From an uncultured Methanomicrobiales archaeon (lineage in GTDB: Archaea > Halobacteriota > Methanomicrobia > Methanomicrobiales > Methanospirillaceae): a DNA stretch of 64,000 bases. The DNA is taken from assembly GCA_963697895.1 (NCBI GenBank), contig OY969100.1, positions 1 through 64,000 of the forward strand. Reading direction: 5' to 3'. The notes under the pieces are model-generated. The model did no database searches, was not told the DNA's origin, and saw only the letters and a program-made list of their open reading frames with translations. The translations under genes and the position numbers were made by a program. Shown here in pieces: positions 21,585 to 31,907 of this stretch (position 1 is the first letter of the stretch; the number at the start of each line of letters is the position of its first letter).

Positions 21585-22872
21585 AACTCCTCCCGGCGGT
21601 CTATTACCCGTTTTGCCTTTCCTTCGAACCGCGGGAGCGACCCGGGCTCCACGAGATGGACGGTCGTCCGGAGCTCGAGCACATCCCGGAGTTCCTTCAC
21701 GACCTTCTTCTGTATCCGGGCGAGATCCTGGAGTTCGCCGCTGAAGTACTCCCGGTTTATCTCGACATCGATCGTCATTTCGTCAAGGTGATTCACGCGG
21801 TCGATGTACACCATGAACTGGGTGCCAACCTCCGGGATCCCGAGCAGGACATGCTCGATCTGCGAGGGGAAGACATTGATCCCGCGGATCACGAGCATAT
21901 CATCGCTCCTTCCGGTGATCCGGGCGATCTTCTTCCCCCTCCGGCAGAGGCAGCCGTCCTCCATCTGCATCGTTACATCTCCGGTACGGTACCGGAGGAG
22001 GGGCATCGCCTCCTTGACGAGCGGGGTGACGACCAGCTCCCCCGTTCCCCGTCGCCGAGCTGCTCGCCGGTCTTCGGGTCGCATATCTCGACCAGGTAAC
22101 AGTCATGCCATATATGGAGGCCGTTCCGCTCCTCGCACTCGAATGCGACCCCGGGACCGTACAGCTCGGAGAGGCCGTAGCTGTCGTATGCAGTCAATCC
22201 CAGTTTCTCCTCCAGTTCCCGGCGCATCTGCTCGGACCAGGGTTCTGCCCCGAATATACCTCGCTTGAGCGATTCGAGACGTATGCTTGCCTCTTCTGCC
22301 GATTCCGCAAGATGCATCGCATAGCTCGGGGTGCAGTGGATCACCGTGACCCCGAAGTCGTGGATCATCTCGATCTGCCGTTTGGTGTTTCCGGTCGCGC
22401 TGGGGATGACGGTGACCCCGATCAGCTCGGCCCCGTAATGGAAGCCGAGCCCCCCGGTGAACATGCCGTAGTTGACCATATTCTGGAATACGTCGTCCCG
22501 GGTAACCCCGATCATCGTCATGTTCCGGGCGATCAGTTCTGCCCAGGTTGCCAGGTCTCCCCGGGTATAGGCGACAACGGTCGGCTTCCCGGTCGTGCCC
22601 GAGGTCGTGTGGATCCGTACCACCTCGTTCCGGGGCACTGCAAGGAAGCCGAAGGGATACCCGTCCCGTAAATCCTGTTTCCTGGTGAACGGAATCTTTT
22701 TTGTGTCATCCAGGGACCGGATGTCATCAGGACCGATCCCGGCCTTCTGCAATGTACTACGGTAGAACGGAACCTTCATCGTCTGGAATACGGTTTTTTT
22801 TAACCGTTTCAGCTGAAGTTCGCCGAGTTCCTTCTCCGGGAGCGTCTCCTTCCGTTCATTCCAGAACATCAA
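21581..22872 (-). CDS. paaK: Second phenylacetate-CoA ligase paralog, frameshifted at 22039-22043
   Basis: N-part in ORF 21973..22872 (TSGTTGKP, YGLSE). C-part in ORF 21581..22084 (RYRTGD, GRSDDM). One extra G restores ERGELVVT. Confidence 0.85.
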
Positions 22873-23100
22873 AAATCCCTCCCGTCGCGCGTTCCATGAG
22901 ATTCACCCTTGTTATCCTCCCTCTCCACTATTCGCCGGTTGCATAGTGTGTTTGCAGTTTCTGGGTCAAAAAAGCTTGTCAGATCCGGCATGGCAGAGTG
23001 ATATGGGGTAACTCCGGACCACCCGCCGTTCGGACGCAAATCTATCGTTTGGGCGGGCAAACGATGCTTTAATCTAGCAAACGGCTGCTATTACTACTCG

Positions 23101-24054
23101 TTGAAAATAGTTGCCGATGGCCGTGCACAGTACCCGTGGCTGGCGGTCACCGGGTTTGGTGCCCATATCAAATCCACGAAAAAAAACCTCGTGATCCTGA
23201 AAAACGGCACGACGGATGAGTATCCGATAGACCGGATCGGGCACCTCCTGATCGTGGGAGGACATACCATCCACAGCGCCGCCGTTCTTCATCTGATCAA
23301 CGCGGGCGGCATGATCTCATTCTTTGAAGCCGACGGGGAGCCGGTCGGGTACATACGTCCGTATGGCGATCGCAGGGACGAACAGATGGCTGCACGCCAG
23401 CGGGCCCTTCCGGTTCACCGGTATGCGGTGCTGATCGCCCAGGGAACGATCCGCTCCCGCCTCCTCGCGATCGAAGAGGCCTGCCACCAGTCGGGAACGG
23501 GGTGCATATACCAGGGGGAGCTCGAAATCCTTCATAATTACTTATCAGAGATTGAGTACCTGATCCGGCTCGAGGAATTGCGGAGGATACACCTGCTCAC
23601 CGGGGATATGTACTACGAGATCATGGCCCGGACGGTGCCCCCCGAGCTCGGCTTCCGGAGGCGGACTGCCCGCCCGTACCAGGATGTGGTCAATGCGATG
23701 CTCTCATTCGGGTATGCGATGCTCTTTGGAAACGCCCTCATGGCCGTTCTTGGTGCCCGGCTCGATCCGGATGTCGGGATACTCCATCAGGGGGAGCAGT
23801 CGCTCGTCCATGACCTGATCGAACCGATGAAGGCCGAAATGGTAGATCGGACGGTCTTTTCCCTTGCCCGGAGCGGGATCTCCCCGGAAGACTACGAGGC
23901 GAGCGGTACGCGGACGATCCTCTCGGACCCGCTCATGAAGGAGCTCATCGCCCTCTTCCGCCATTCCATCCGGCAGGAAAGGATAGATGAACAGGTCCGT
24001 GTCTTCCACGACTCGCTCCTGGACCAGCGGGAATTCTCGATTGTGAACGCATAG
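23101..24054 (+). CDS. cas1: Stand-alone Cas1 homolog (Cas1-solo)
   Basis: Cas1 fold motifs: N-terminal beta domain, DVVNAMLSFGY, LDPDVGILH and SLVHDLIEP. No cas2 or array in the window. Confidence 0.88.
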   Translation: MKIVADGRAQYPWLAVTGFGAHIKSTKKNLVILKNGTTDEYPIDRIGHLLIVGGHTIHSAAVLHLINAGGMISFFEADGEPVGYIRPYGDRRDEQMAARQRALPVHRYAVLIAQGTIRSRLLAIEEACHQSGTGCIYQGELEILHNYLSEIEYLIRLEELRRIHLLTGDMYYEIMARTVPPELGFRRRTARPYQDVVNAMLSFGYAMLFGNALMAVLGARLDPDVGILHQGEQSLVHDLIEPMKAEMVDRTVFSLARSGISPEDYEASGTRTILSDPLMKELIALFRHSIRQERIDEQVRVFHDSLLDQREFSIVNA

Positions 24055-24287
24055 CCCCGGCCGGGTCTCTGTTTTCTTCAATTTCTGAAACGGGATTTGG
24101 TTCCCGCCGATATTGCGGGTCAGACTCCCGGGTCTCCGCCGAAGTGTGGGAACGAATTTCCCGTTTTCTCCAATCCCCTGATGAAATCCCCGACGGGTGT
24201 CCGGCGTGAATTCAGGGTCTCAACCGGATTTGATATCTTTTCAGGTACGACCATGAAGACCTGAATCGAACTCCTCTGATCCGGGTG

Positions 24288-24563
24288 TTACAGCCCGGGC
24301 CTGACGACGCAAAACGTTTCAAAAATGCGGTACTCCTGCTCGGTGATGGACATATCCCGGATCACGGCACGGGGGCACCCGTATATCATGGAGACGAACT
24401 TCTCGAGGATGATCGGATCCCCGGAGGCGACGACCTGCACGGAGCTGTCCGAGAGGTTCATCACCTGTCCTTTGATATTCAGTTTTCCGGCGATACGGCG
24501 GATACAACTCCTGAATCCCACGTTCTGAACCTTACCTGAGATCCGGATTTCCACGGTCTTCAG
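24288..24563 (-). CDS. acyP: Acylphosphatase
   Basis: GKVQNVGFR and GQVMNLSD motifs. Likely start is CTG at 24563 behind a GGTGGTGA RBS. Confidence 0.8.
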   Translation of the reverse strand: MKTVEIRISGKVQNVGFRSCIRRIAGKLNIKGQVMNLSDSSVQVVASGDPIILEKFVSMIYGCPRAVIRDMSITEQEYRIFETFCVVRPGL

Positions 24564-24732
24564 GAGATCACCACCTGCCGGTGCAGGACCGGTAACCGTT
24601 CACCAGGGCCGGGAGAACCGGTTATGAGAATGGTATTCATGCCGTTGAACTGAAATGTTCGCACGTCCCTTATGAGCTTTTCTATTTTATCCCTAAACTC
24701 GTGCGCGGCGGTGCAAACGCGTCTTCACGGTC

Positions 24733-26100
24733 TTAAACAGGTCTGGTAAGATAGGGGGAGATGACTTGCATCAGTTCCTCATGAAACTGGCGGGCTGCCT
24801 CCCCGCGATCGGATTCAACCGTGATCCGTACGAACGGCTCTGTCCCCGAGGGGCGTACCAGGCCCCAGGTCGTGCCCTGATCGATCCGGATTCCATCCCG
24901 GAGGTCGATGTTTTTCCCGGTAAATTTCCGTGCAAGGGCATCGATGAGGCCCTGCTTGTCATTCGTATGCACTTTCCCGTTGATCATCGTGTACGGGGGA
25001 AGCCCGGCGACGAGGGTTGAGAGGGGCCGGCCCGATCCGGCGAGGATCGCGACCATCATTGCAGCGGTCATGCCGCCGTCCCGGCAGAACTGGTGTTCGG
25101 GGTAGATGAGCCCGCCATTTCCTTCTCCCCCAAACACGACCGGTTTGCCCGCAGAGAGAAGATCCCGCATCTTCCGGGCGACATAAATGCTTCCGACCGG
25201 GGTATATTCCACGGTGCACCCGTGGCGCCGGGCAATCTCCCGGATCAGGTTGGACGTGCTGACCGGGGTGACCACTATGCCCTGCCGGTTCCGGCAGATC
25301 TCATCGGCCACGAGGGCGAACTCCTGGTTTTCACCGATGAATGCACCTCGTTCATCGACAAATACCGACCGGTCAGCATCCCCGTCATGGGCCACCCCGA
25401 ACGCGGCTCCGGTCCCCCGCACGAGTTCGGAGAGCCCGCGGAGTCCTTCCTCAGAGGGCTCCGGCAACCGGCCGGGGAACCGGCCATCCATCTGGCCATT
25501 GATCGTAAACACCCGGCAGCCCATCCGGGAGAGGATCGCCGGCGTGGTACAGACCGCAGCCCCGCATCCCGGATCGACGGCGACGGTCATCCCGCTCCCG
25601 GTTCCTGCAGGGAACGACCTGACCACCGCATCCACATATCGTTCCCCGAGCCGGAGATCCTCGGTCTGCTGCCCGACCCGATCCCATGCGACGAGTGAGA
25701 ACCGATCGGCGAAGATCTGCTCCTCGAGCGTGATCGTCTCCGCATCCCCCATCTCGGTGCCATCCGGCTCGATGACCTTGACCCCGTTGTATTCCGGCGG
25801 GTTGTGCGATGCGGTGATCATCACTCCTGCATCAAATGCATCCCGGACGAGGTACTGGAGAGCCGGGGTCGGCAGCACGCCACAGTCGACCACGTCGCAC
25901 CCGGCGGCCATGAGCCCTGCCTTCGCCGCATTGATCAGGGCGAGCCCGGAGGTCCGGGTATCCCGGCCGAGACCGATCCGGCCCGGGCGCATCGTCCCGA
26001 GCGCCATCCCGATTTTGAGGACGAGGGCAGGGGTCATACTCTCCCCGACGACCCCCCGCACGCCATTGGTTCCGAAGAGTTGTTTCTTTCCGTTGGCCAT
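24733..26100 (-). CDS. glmM: Phosphoglucosamine mutase / phosphohexomutase
   Basis: FGTNGVRG, TASHNP, DGDADR, GEGNGG and RPSGTEP motifs. Start placed at the ATG at 26100. Confidence 0.9.
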   Translation of the reverse strand: MANGKKQLFGTNGVRGVVGESMTPALVLKIGMALGTMRPGRIGLGRDTRTSGLALINAAKAGLMAAGCDVVDCGVLPTPALQYLVRDAFDAGVMITASHNPPEYNGVKVIEPDGTEMGDAETITLEEQIFADRFSLVAWDRVGQQTEDLRLGERYVDAVVRSFPAGTGSGMTVAVDPGCGAAVCTTPAILSRMGCRVFTINGQMDGRFPGRLPEPSEEGLRGLSELVRGTGAAFGVAHDGDADRSVFVDERGAFIGENQEFALVADEICRNRQGIVVTPVSTSNLIREIARRHGCTVEYTPVGSIYVARKMRDLLSAGKPVVFGGEGNGGLIYPEHQFCRDGGMTAAMMVAILAGSGRPLSTLVAGLPPYTMINGKVHTNDKQGLIDALARKFTGKNIDLRDGIRIDQGTTWGLVRPSGTEPFVRITVESDRGEAARQFHEELMQVISPYLTRPV

Positions 26101-26320
26101 CCGATCGTTTCCGTATAGAATGAGGTGTTGGTACTGGCGGTCTATTAGTTCTCCGGTCTGTTTAGGAGACTCTTCCGCGTTCGGGGTGGCCCATGAAGCG
26201 GGTATGCCTCCCTGAACCTTCCGTTCATCCCTTACGATCCGGATATGCACGGGATCCTGAACTCGTTCCACGGGGGTGACCGTTGTGTCCGGGCAGGTTC
26301 ACGTTCTCATCCTGCTCTCT

Positions 26321-26749
26321 TCATTCTTCTTCGCCGGGGATGAAGTCCATAAATTGGGGAAGGGAGCGCATGACCGCATCGACCGACGGGTCCCGGAGGA
26401 CGATATTATCCGCGCTGAGATCACCGAACACGATCTTGGGAAACGGTTCTCTCTTGAACCCCTCGATGACGGTATAATCGATGCCGGAACCGGCGAGGTC
26501 CCTGAGCACCTCGGAGAGCCGGTTCCTGCGTGAAATATACACTGCTTTTTCATCGTCGATCCCGACGGCACAGGTGATACCGGTCTCAAATAAAACCGTC
26601 GTGTCCTTTTCGGGGACGAGTGCGAACGAATGATGCCCGAGGTGTTTCACCGCTGCAACAGTACCGTGTTTTTGGAGTTCGACGAGGAGGGAACGGATGA
26701 ACGTTGTCTTTCCCGATCCTGACGTCCCCGCGACATGGATGATCTTCAC
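26321..26749 (-). CDS. mobB: Molybdopterin-guanine dinucleotide biosynthesis protein B
   Basis: GTSGSGKTT, VKH, KDT and IEGFK motifs. Confidence 0.85.
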   Translation of the reverse strand: MKIIHVAGTSGSGKTTFIRSLLVELQKHGTVAAVKHLGHHSFALVPEKDTTVLFETGITCAVGIDDEKAVYISRRNRLSEVLRDLAGSGIDYTVIEGFKREPFPKIVFGDLSADNIVLRDPSVDAVMRSLPQFMDFIPGEEE

Positions 26750-27930
26750 GGGCCGCTCCCCCCCGTGCTTCTCCCGCCGGTTCCCTTTTCCCCGGTTTCA
26801 TCCCCATAATCTTCCCCGGATTCGGTATCGGATTCTCTCGCGGCATCCCCGGCTTTCGCTCCACTTTCTTCCGTGGATTCGGTACTCCATTTCCCTGCAG
26901 CTTCCCCGGCTTTCGCTCCACTTTCTTCCGTGGATTCGGTACTCCATTTCCCTGCAGCTTCCCCGGCTTTCGCTCCACTTTCTTCCGTGGATTCGGTACT
27001 CCATTTCCCTGCAGCTTCCCCGGCTTCAGCTCTCCGTTCTTCCGTGGATTCGGTACTCCATTTCCCTGCAGCTTCCCCGGCTTCAGCTCTCCGTTCTTCC
27101 GTGGATTCGGGGAGCAGTGCACGAGCATCATCTACTGCATTCAACGGTCCTTCCACGGGTTCGGGGGATAATTCCCCTCTGACATCCTTTACCGTCCCGC
27201 AATTTTGATTGGATATGGCGGATGATTCCCCCGCAGTATTCCTTTGTCCTTCCGGCGATTCGGGAACGCGTTCACCGGCACTATTCAAGGTTCTCCTTCC
27301 TTCAGGTGACCTGCACTCCACGGTAACTTCCCTGACCTCTTCCTCGCACGAAACTGAATTATTTCGTTCCGGCAGATCGGGACGAGGATCCCCATTCACC
27401 ACACCGATCGTACCTGCTGCCTCCAGCTCTTCCCGTGCCCGGAGGATCACCTTCGCCGCTTCACCAACACTTCGCATCACGTTCGTGATCCGGTCCTCGA
27501 TATCGATCTCCTCGTCGATCTCCAGCGAGGTTCGTTCGACCTCCAGGAGGAACCGGGCGACCTCGCTCGCCTCGAAGAGGAGGTCATCCAGTTCATCTGT
27601 CGTGAAGAAACCGCACATCGCGCCGTAAAAGAAAGTCGCACCCGACTTGTACACTTTTTTCTTGAATGAATTGCGGGCCTGGTTGACAGCCTGCGGGGTA
27701 TACACATCCCGCATGAAGGGCACGAGCTCCGGGAGGTGTTGTCCGATAAACGTCATCTCCGCGCCGCTCTTCGTGCGGAAATCCGTGCAGAGTCGGGCGA
27801 TGGCCCATTCCCGGGCGGTGATATAGGTCCGCTTCCGGAGGAACTGGTTCACCTTCCGGTACGTCGCACCGTCTACCTTCTTGAATTTCCGGTATTTGTT
27901 GATATCCTCGGCTCCGAAGTGGTTTCCCAT
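26746..27930 (-). CDS. Conserved euryarchaeal protein (DUF5806-like N-domain) with acidic repeat tail
   Basis: Ordered N-domain (RTYITAREWAIARLC, VNQARNSF) followed by a low-complexity E/S/G tail. ATG at 27930 follows TATA-like and AGGTG elements. Confidence 0.7.
   Translation of the reverse strand: MGNHFGAEDINKYRKFKKVDGATYRKVNQFLRKRTYITAREWAIARLCTDFRTKSGAEMTFIGQHLPELVPFMRDVYTPQAVNQARNSFKKKVYKSGATFFYGAMCGFFTTDELDDLLFEASEVARFLLEVERTSLEIDEEIDIEDRITNVMRSVGEAAKVILRAREELEAAGTIGVVNGDPRPDLPERNNSVSCEEEVREVTVECRSPEGRRTLNSAGERVPESPEGQRNTAGESSAISNQNCGTVKDVRGELSPEPVEGPLNAVDDARALLPESTEERRAEAGEAAGKWSTESTEERRAEAGEAAGKWSTESTEESGAKAGEAAGKWSTESTEESGAKAGEAAGKWSTESTEESGAKAGDAARESDTESGEDYGDETGEKGTGGRSTGGSGP
26846..27110. 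repeat. In-frame 57-bp tandem repeat (~4.6 copies)
   Basis: Units start at 26846, 26903, 26960, 27017 and 27074. They encode ESTEE(SGAK/RRAE)AGEAAGKWST. Confidence 0.95.
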
Positions 27931-28968
27931 CAGAAACAGATACACCTTTATATTATATAGCATTATGTGGTTTATAGCACGGTTGGGGGGATGAGTAAGT
28001 ATATATTGTTTAGAGCCTCGAATTCAAAAAATAAAGGGATTAAAGGATATTCGACTCGTAAACACCCGTTCAAACCAGGGGTGTTTTTCATTCCCGATCC
28101 CGGTGTTACCCTCCTTTGTCCCGGAATCCGAATTCACCTTAATTTCCCGCCAGACAAGTTCGGAACTATTAAAATGGATTTTTCGTGAAGTCACCAGGGG
28201 ATTTACGAGATGAGCGGGTGAACCGTACGTTTCACAAGAGAGCTATTCCGCACTGGGCGATCAGGTACGGAATGCAATCGGATTTTTTTATAATTCCGTT
28301 TATCTCCGTAAGTAAGAGCTATCGTCAGAGGGTTTCGAGCCCTCGCTGTTTAGAATATAAGTGCACTATTCCTGAAGGGCCAAAGACTGATTAGTACATT
28401 GAACAGGCAACGGAAAACTTATAGATTAAAAAATGATTATCGAAACCGGGAAGATTTCGGGAAATACGTAAGATGGTTACTGGTTTTTTATGTCAGAACT
28501 CGATCCCGAACCCAAAGGTGATAATAAGACGATTCCGCAATTGGAACGGTTTATTATTGTACCTCTGACTTCAGTTCCAAATGTGGAACTGGATAATCAT
28601 ACGAAGAATCAAATGGAATTCGAACAAAGGAAACTCTCCAGGGTAAAAAAAAATTGGTGTAAAAACAGTTCAGGGGATGTGTTCGTGATATTTCGTATAA
28701 TTCATCATCAGATCGTTTATGCCTGAATCAGAATCGAGACTTGAATCCTTTTACTTCCGAAAATTACCGGATCGGAACAGGAGAGGTGGGGAGGTACACC
28801 CTCTCATCCGGGAAGTAAACATCTCCGGTATCTAAAACCCGAGTGACCGGTTTGTCATCTGCATTGGCGAGCGTAAAGGGAAAAATGGTAAAAATTTTTT
28901 CCTTTTCGGGGTATAAAAATAAAACATTCCACGGTTCCCTAATGCCTTATTCCAGAATTTTATGCTTC

Positions 28969-29368
28969 GCTCATCCCGGATTTCTGCATGACTTAGCTCA
29001 TCCCGGATTTCTGCACGACTTAGCTCATCCCGGATTTCTGCATGACTGAGCTCATCCCGGATTTCTCCATAACTTAGCTCATCCCGGATTTCTGCATGAC
29101 TTAGCTCATTCCCGAATAACTCCATAACTTAGCTCATCCCGGATTTCTGCATGACTTAGCTCATTCCCGAATAACTCCATGACTTAACTCATCCTGAATT
29201 TCTCCATGACTTAGCTCATCCCGGATTTCTGCATGACTTCAGCTCATTCCCGAATAACTCCATGACTTAACTCATCCCGGATTTCTGCATGACTTAGCTC
29301 ATTCCCGAATAACTCCATGACTTAACTCATCCCGGATTTCTCCATAACTTAACTCATTCCCGGATTTC
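28969..29368. repeat. 27/28-bp tandem array, 15 units, no spacers
   Basis: GCTCATCCCGGATTTCTGCATGACTTA interspersed with a 28-bp variant GCTCATTCCCGAATAACTCCATGACTTA. Confidence 0.95.
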
Positions 29369-29479
29369 GCTCTGACATCACCCATTTACGAAAGGAATCC
29401 GGGTACCACCAGGTGAATCTTTTCTTAACAGGGTCCCCCTATCCTATAATTTTATAAGATCGTCTGCAGAGTGTGCAGC

Positions 29480-29893
29480 ATGCCACTCAAAGATCAGATT
29501 CTGGAAGTGATGGGCGGTCCCCACGTGGCGGCCATCGCGACGATCGCCGGAAAATTGCCCTCGGTACGGTTTATGGTGCTGTCCGGATATCCGGATATGA
29601 CCCTGGTCGGGGGAACGATGAAGAGTTCCCGCAAAGTGGAACAGCTGAAGAAAGAGCCCTACGCCTCAATCGCGATCTGGTCGGGAAAAGAATTCTCTGA
29701 TCCCTATGTCGTGATCCAGGCGCAGGCAGAGATCCATGAAGATGCGGCCACAAAGAAAAAATACTGGAACCCGATGTTTGAGGAGTATTTCAAATCGATC
29801 GACAACCCGGATTTCGTGGTTCTGAAATTTATCGCTGACGAGGTCGCATATTATACCCCGCAGACCGGGGGACAGGAAGTCTGGAAACGATAA
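29480..29893 (+). CDS. Pyridoxamine 5'-phosphate oxidase-like / general stress protein 26 family
   Basis: ATI...PSVRFM, SRKVEQLKKEP and YF...DNPDFVVLKF split-barrel FMN-binding pattern. Confidence 0.85.
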   Translation: MPLKDQILEVMGGPHVAAIATIAGKLPSVRFMVLSGYPDMTLVGGTMKSSRKVEQLKKEPYASIAIWSGKEFSDPYVVIQAQAEIHEDAATKKKYWNPMFEEYFKSIDNPDFVVLKFIADEVAYYTPQTGGQEVWKR

Positions 29894-30431
29894 ACCCGAT
29901 CTGTTCATTTTTTTCAACACTTCATCAGATTTATTTTTTTTAAGGAACTGTGTCTACTCTTCTTCCCGGAGTGGTGATACCCATCGGTCTTTCCTTTCTG
30001 CTTCCGCCCCATCTCCCGGCGTCAAAATTGAGGGAGACCGATATCGTCCTCTTTTGGCCCGATCTTCATCCTTTGGAACACGCATATGATATAGCAACAT
30101 ACAGTTTATCATATTTCGGATCAAATAAAATTCCGGCCGAAATAATCGCATTTTAAGCCCTTCAATCCAGAAATAGAATAATATATGGTCATGGATGAAT
30201 TGTTGCATCAGGAAAGGCGTATAGCGGAGCCCATGGGTATGCTGATTCTCATCGGAAGGAAATGAGCGAATCAGACAATTTACCGTCCAGGAGGCACTGT
30301 ATCCCCATTCAGTATCGGAAAAAAACCAGAAGAACATCCGTGATACTTCCAATCGTCAGGGCATGGAACCAGAACAACCTGAGTGATACGTTCAGGAATC
30401 ATCAGAAAACAATAACCCAAAAAAGTTTTTC

Positions 30432-30958
30432 CCATCCGCATTTTCATTTGACGAGGAAAAAACCAGAGCCACGCTGTGATAATTTGCATGATTTATCCCG
30501 AAAAAACACCGGTTTTTCCCATCCGTATCTTCATTCGACGAGGAAAAAACCAGAGCCACGCTGGTGATAATTTGCATGATCAATCCGGAAAAAACACCGG
30601 TTTTTCCCATCCGTATCTTCATTTGACGAGGAAAAGACCAGAGCCACGCTGGTGATAATTTGCATGATTTATCCGAATCAAACACCGTTTTTTTCCATCC
30701 GTATCTTCATTCGACGAGGAAAAGACCAGAGCCACGCTGGTGATAATTTGCATGATTTATCCGAATCAAACACCGGTTTTTTCCATCCGTATCTTCATTC
30801 GACGAGGAAAAAACCAGAGTTACGCTGGTGATGATTTGAATGATTTATCCGAATCAAACACCGGTTTTTCCCATCCGTATCTTCATTCGACGAGGAAAAG
30901 ACCAGAGCCACGCTGGTGATAATTTGCATAAATTATACAGAAAAAACACCGGAATTTT
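30432..30958. repeat. 88-bp tandem array (6 near-identical units) within a longer degenerate array
   Basis: Units at 30432, 30519, 30607, 30695, 30783 and 30871 (CCATCCGTATCTTCATTCGACGAGGAAAAAACCAGAGCCACGCTGGTGATAATTTGCATG...). Degenerate copies flank both sides. Confidence 0.95.
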
Positions 30959-31737
30959 TTTTCATAAGCATCTTTGATCAACGGGGAAAAACCAGACTAC
31001 GCTGAATAGTCTGCCGAAACCTTTCCCCCCGCAAAAACACAATCCCAGAAAATATTTTTCAACCGGTATCTTCGATCGACCAAAAAAATAATAAAAAACG
31101 GGTGATTGTTTCAGAAAAATCCTACCCGCCCTGAAAGGGGCCAGAAAGTTCTTTACAATTGGCCTCCTCGATGGGTTTAGGAACCAGAACTCCCAGTGAT
31201 GATTTCAGGAATCTTCCCTTTAATCCCGGAAGATCGGTTCAAAAATGAAAATCCCGGACAGCAAGAATGAAATCCGAATATGGGCCGGGATACGTTTCCA
31301 CAGAACGTCCCCCGGGAATATCCCCCGGACCATTTCAAATACTGAATCTCAATCGGTGTGGAGAAACCGGGAGATCATGGGAATACTCTTCCCAAAGAAT
31401 CTCCCCGGAACAAGCACAATCTTTTCAAATCCGGAATCCCGGTCGGCGGGAATAAAACCGGAATATGGCAGGGGTACTTTTCCAAAGAATCTCCCCGGAC
31501 CACAGGGAAGACAGAATTTTTACAATCCTGTATCTTCAATCGGCAGAAAACACCGGTATGGCAGAACTATCGGGAGAACCTTTCCCCAAAATTCCCAAAG
31601 ATTCTCTCGTATGATATCCTAAACCATTGACAATTAACCCGGGAAAACACTTTTTGACTTTTTTGGGGACCCCATCAGTAAATATTTCGGAGGATCTGGT
31701 TCACCTTGAGCCAACAGAGTAAACCTAAACTGGTACC

Positions 31738-31857
31738 AGCTGATCTATGCTCCGAAGAAACCAGGTATGGATTCATTCTGAATCAGAACGGGTTACTAGC
31801 TGATCTATGCTCCGAAGAAACCAGGTATGGATTCATTCTGAATCAGAACGGGTTACT
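31738..31857. repeat. Perfect 60-bp tandem duplication
   Basis: 31738-31797 equals 31798-31857. Lies just downstream of the xerA stop. Confidence 0.95.
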
Positions 31858-31907
31858 GCACGCCCCGCCCGGGGTTAACGACCCGGGATGCTACCGATCC
31901 AACGAAA

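Noticed and set aside
19450-22043. Programmed ribosomal frameshifting in HPS-RraA and paaK
   Set aside because: No canonical slippery heptamer with a downstream structure. The pattern fits one-base homopolymer deletions.
23101-24054. Casposon
   Set aside because: No family B polymerase, terminal inverted repeats or target duplication. The neighbours are housekeeping genes.
28573-28590. AGTTCCA-AATG-TGGAACT palindrome as an ORB/replication origin
   Set aside because: Single copy, lacks the ORB G-string, and no orc1/cdc6 gene in the window.
28832-29125. ORF with ELSHAEIRD repeats, and other short ORFs across 28-35 kb
   Set aside because: By-products of the tandem repeats. Frames break at the 28-bp units and there is no recognisable protein signal.
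28969-30958. CRISPR (or other guide-RNA) array serving the nearby cas1
   Set aside because: Both arrays are contiguous tandem repeats with no unique spacers between constant repeats.
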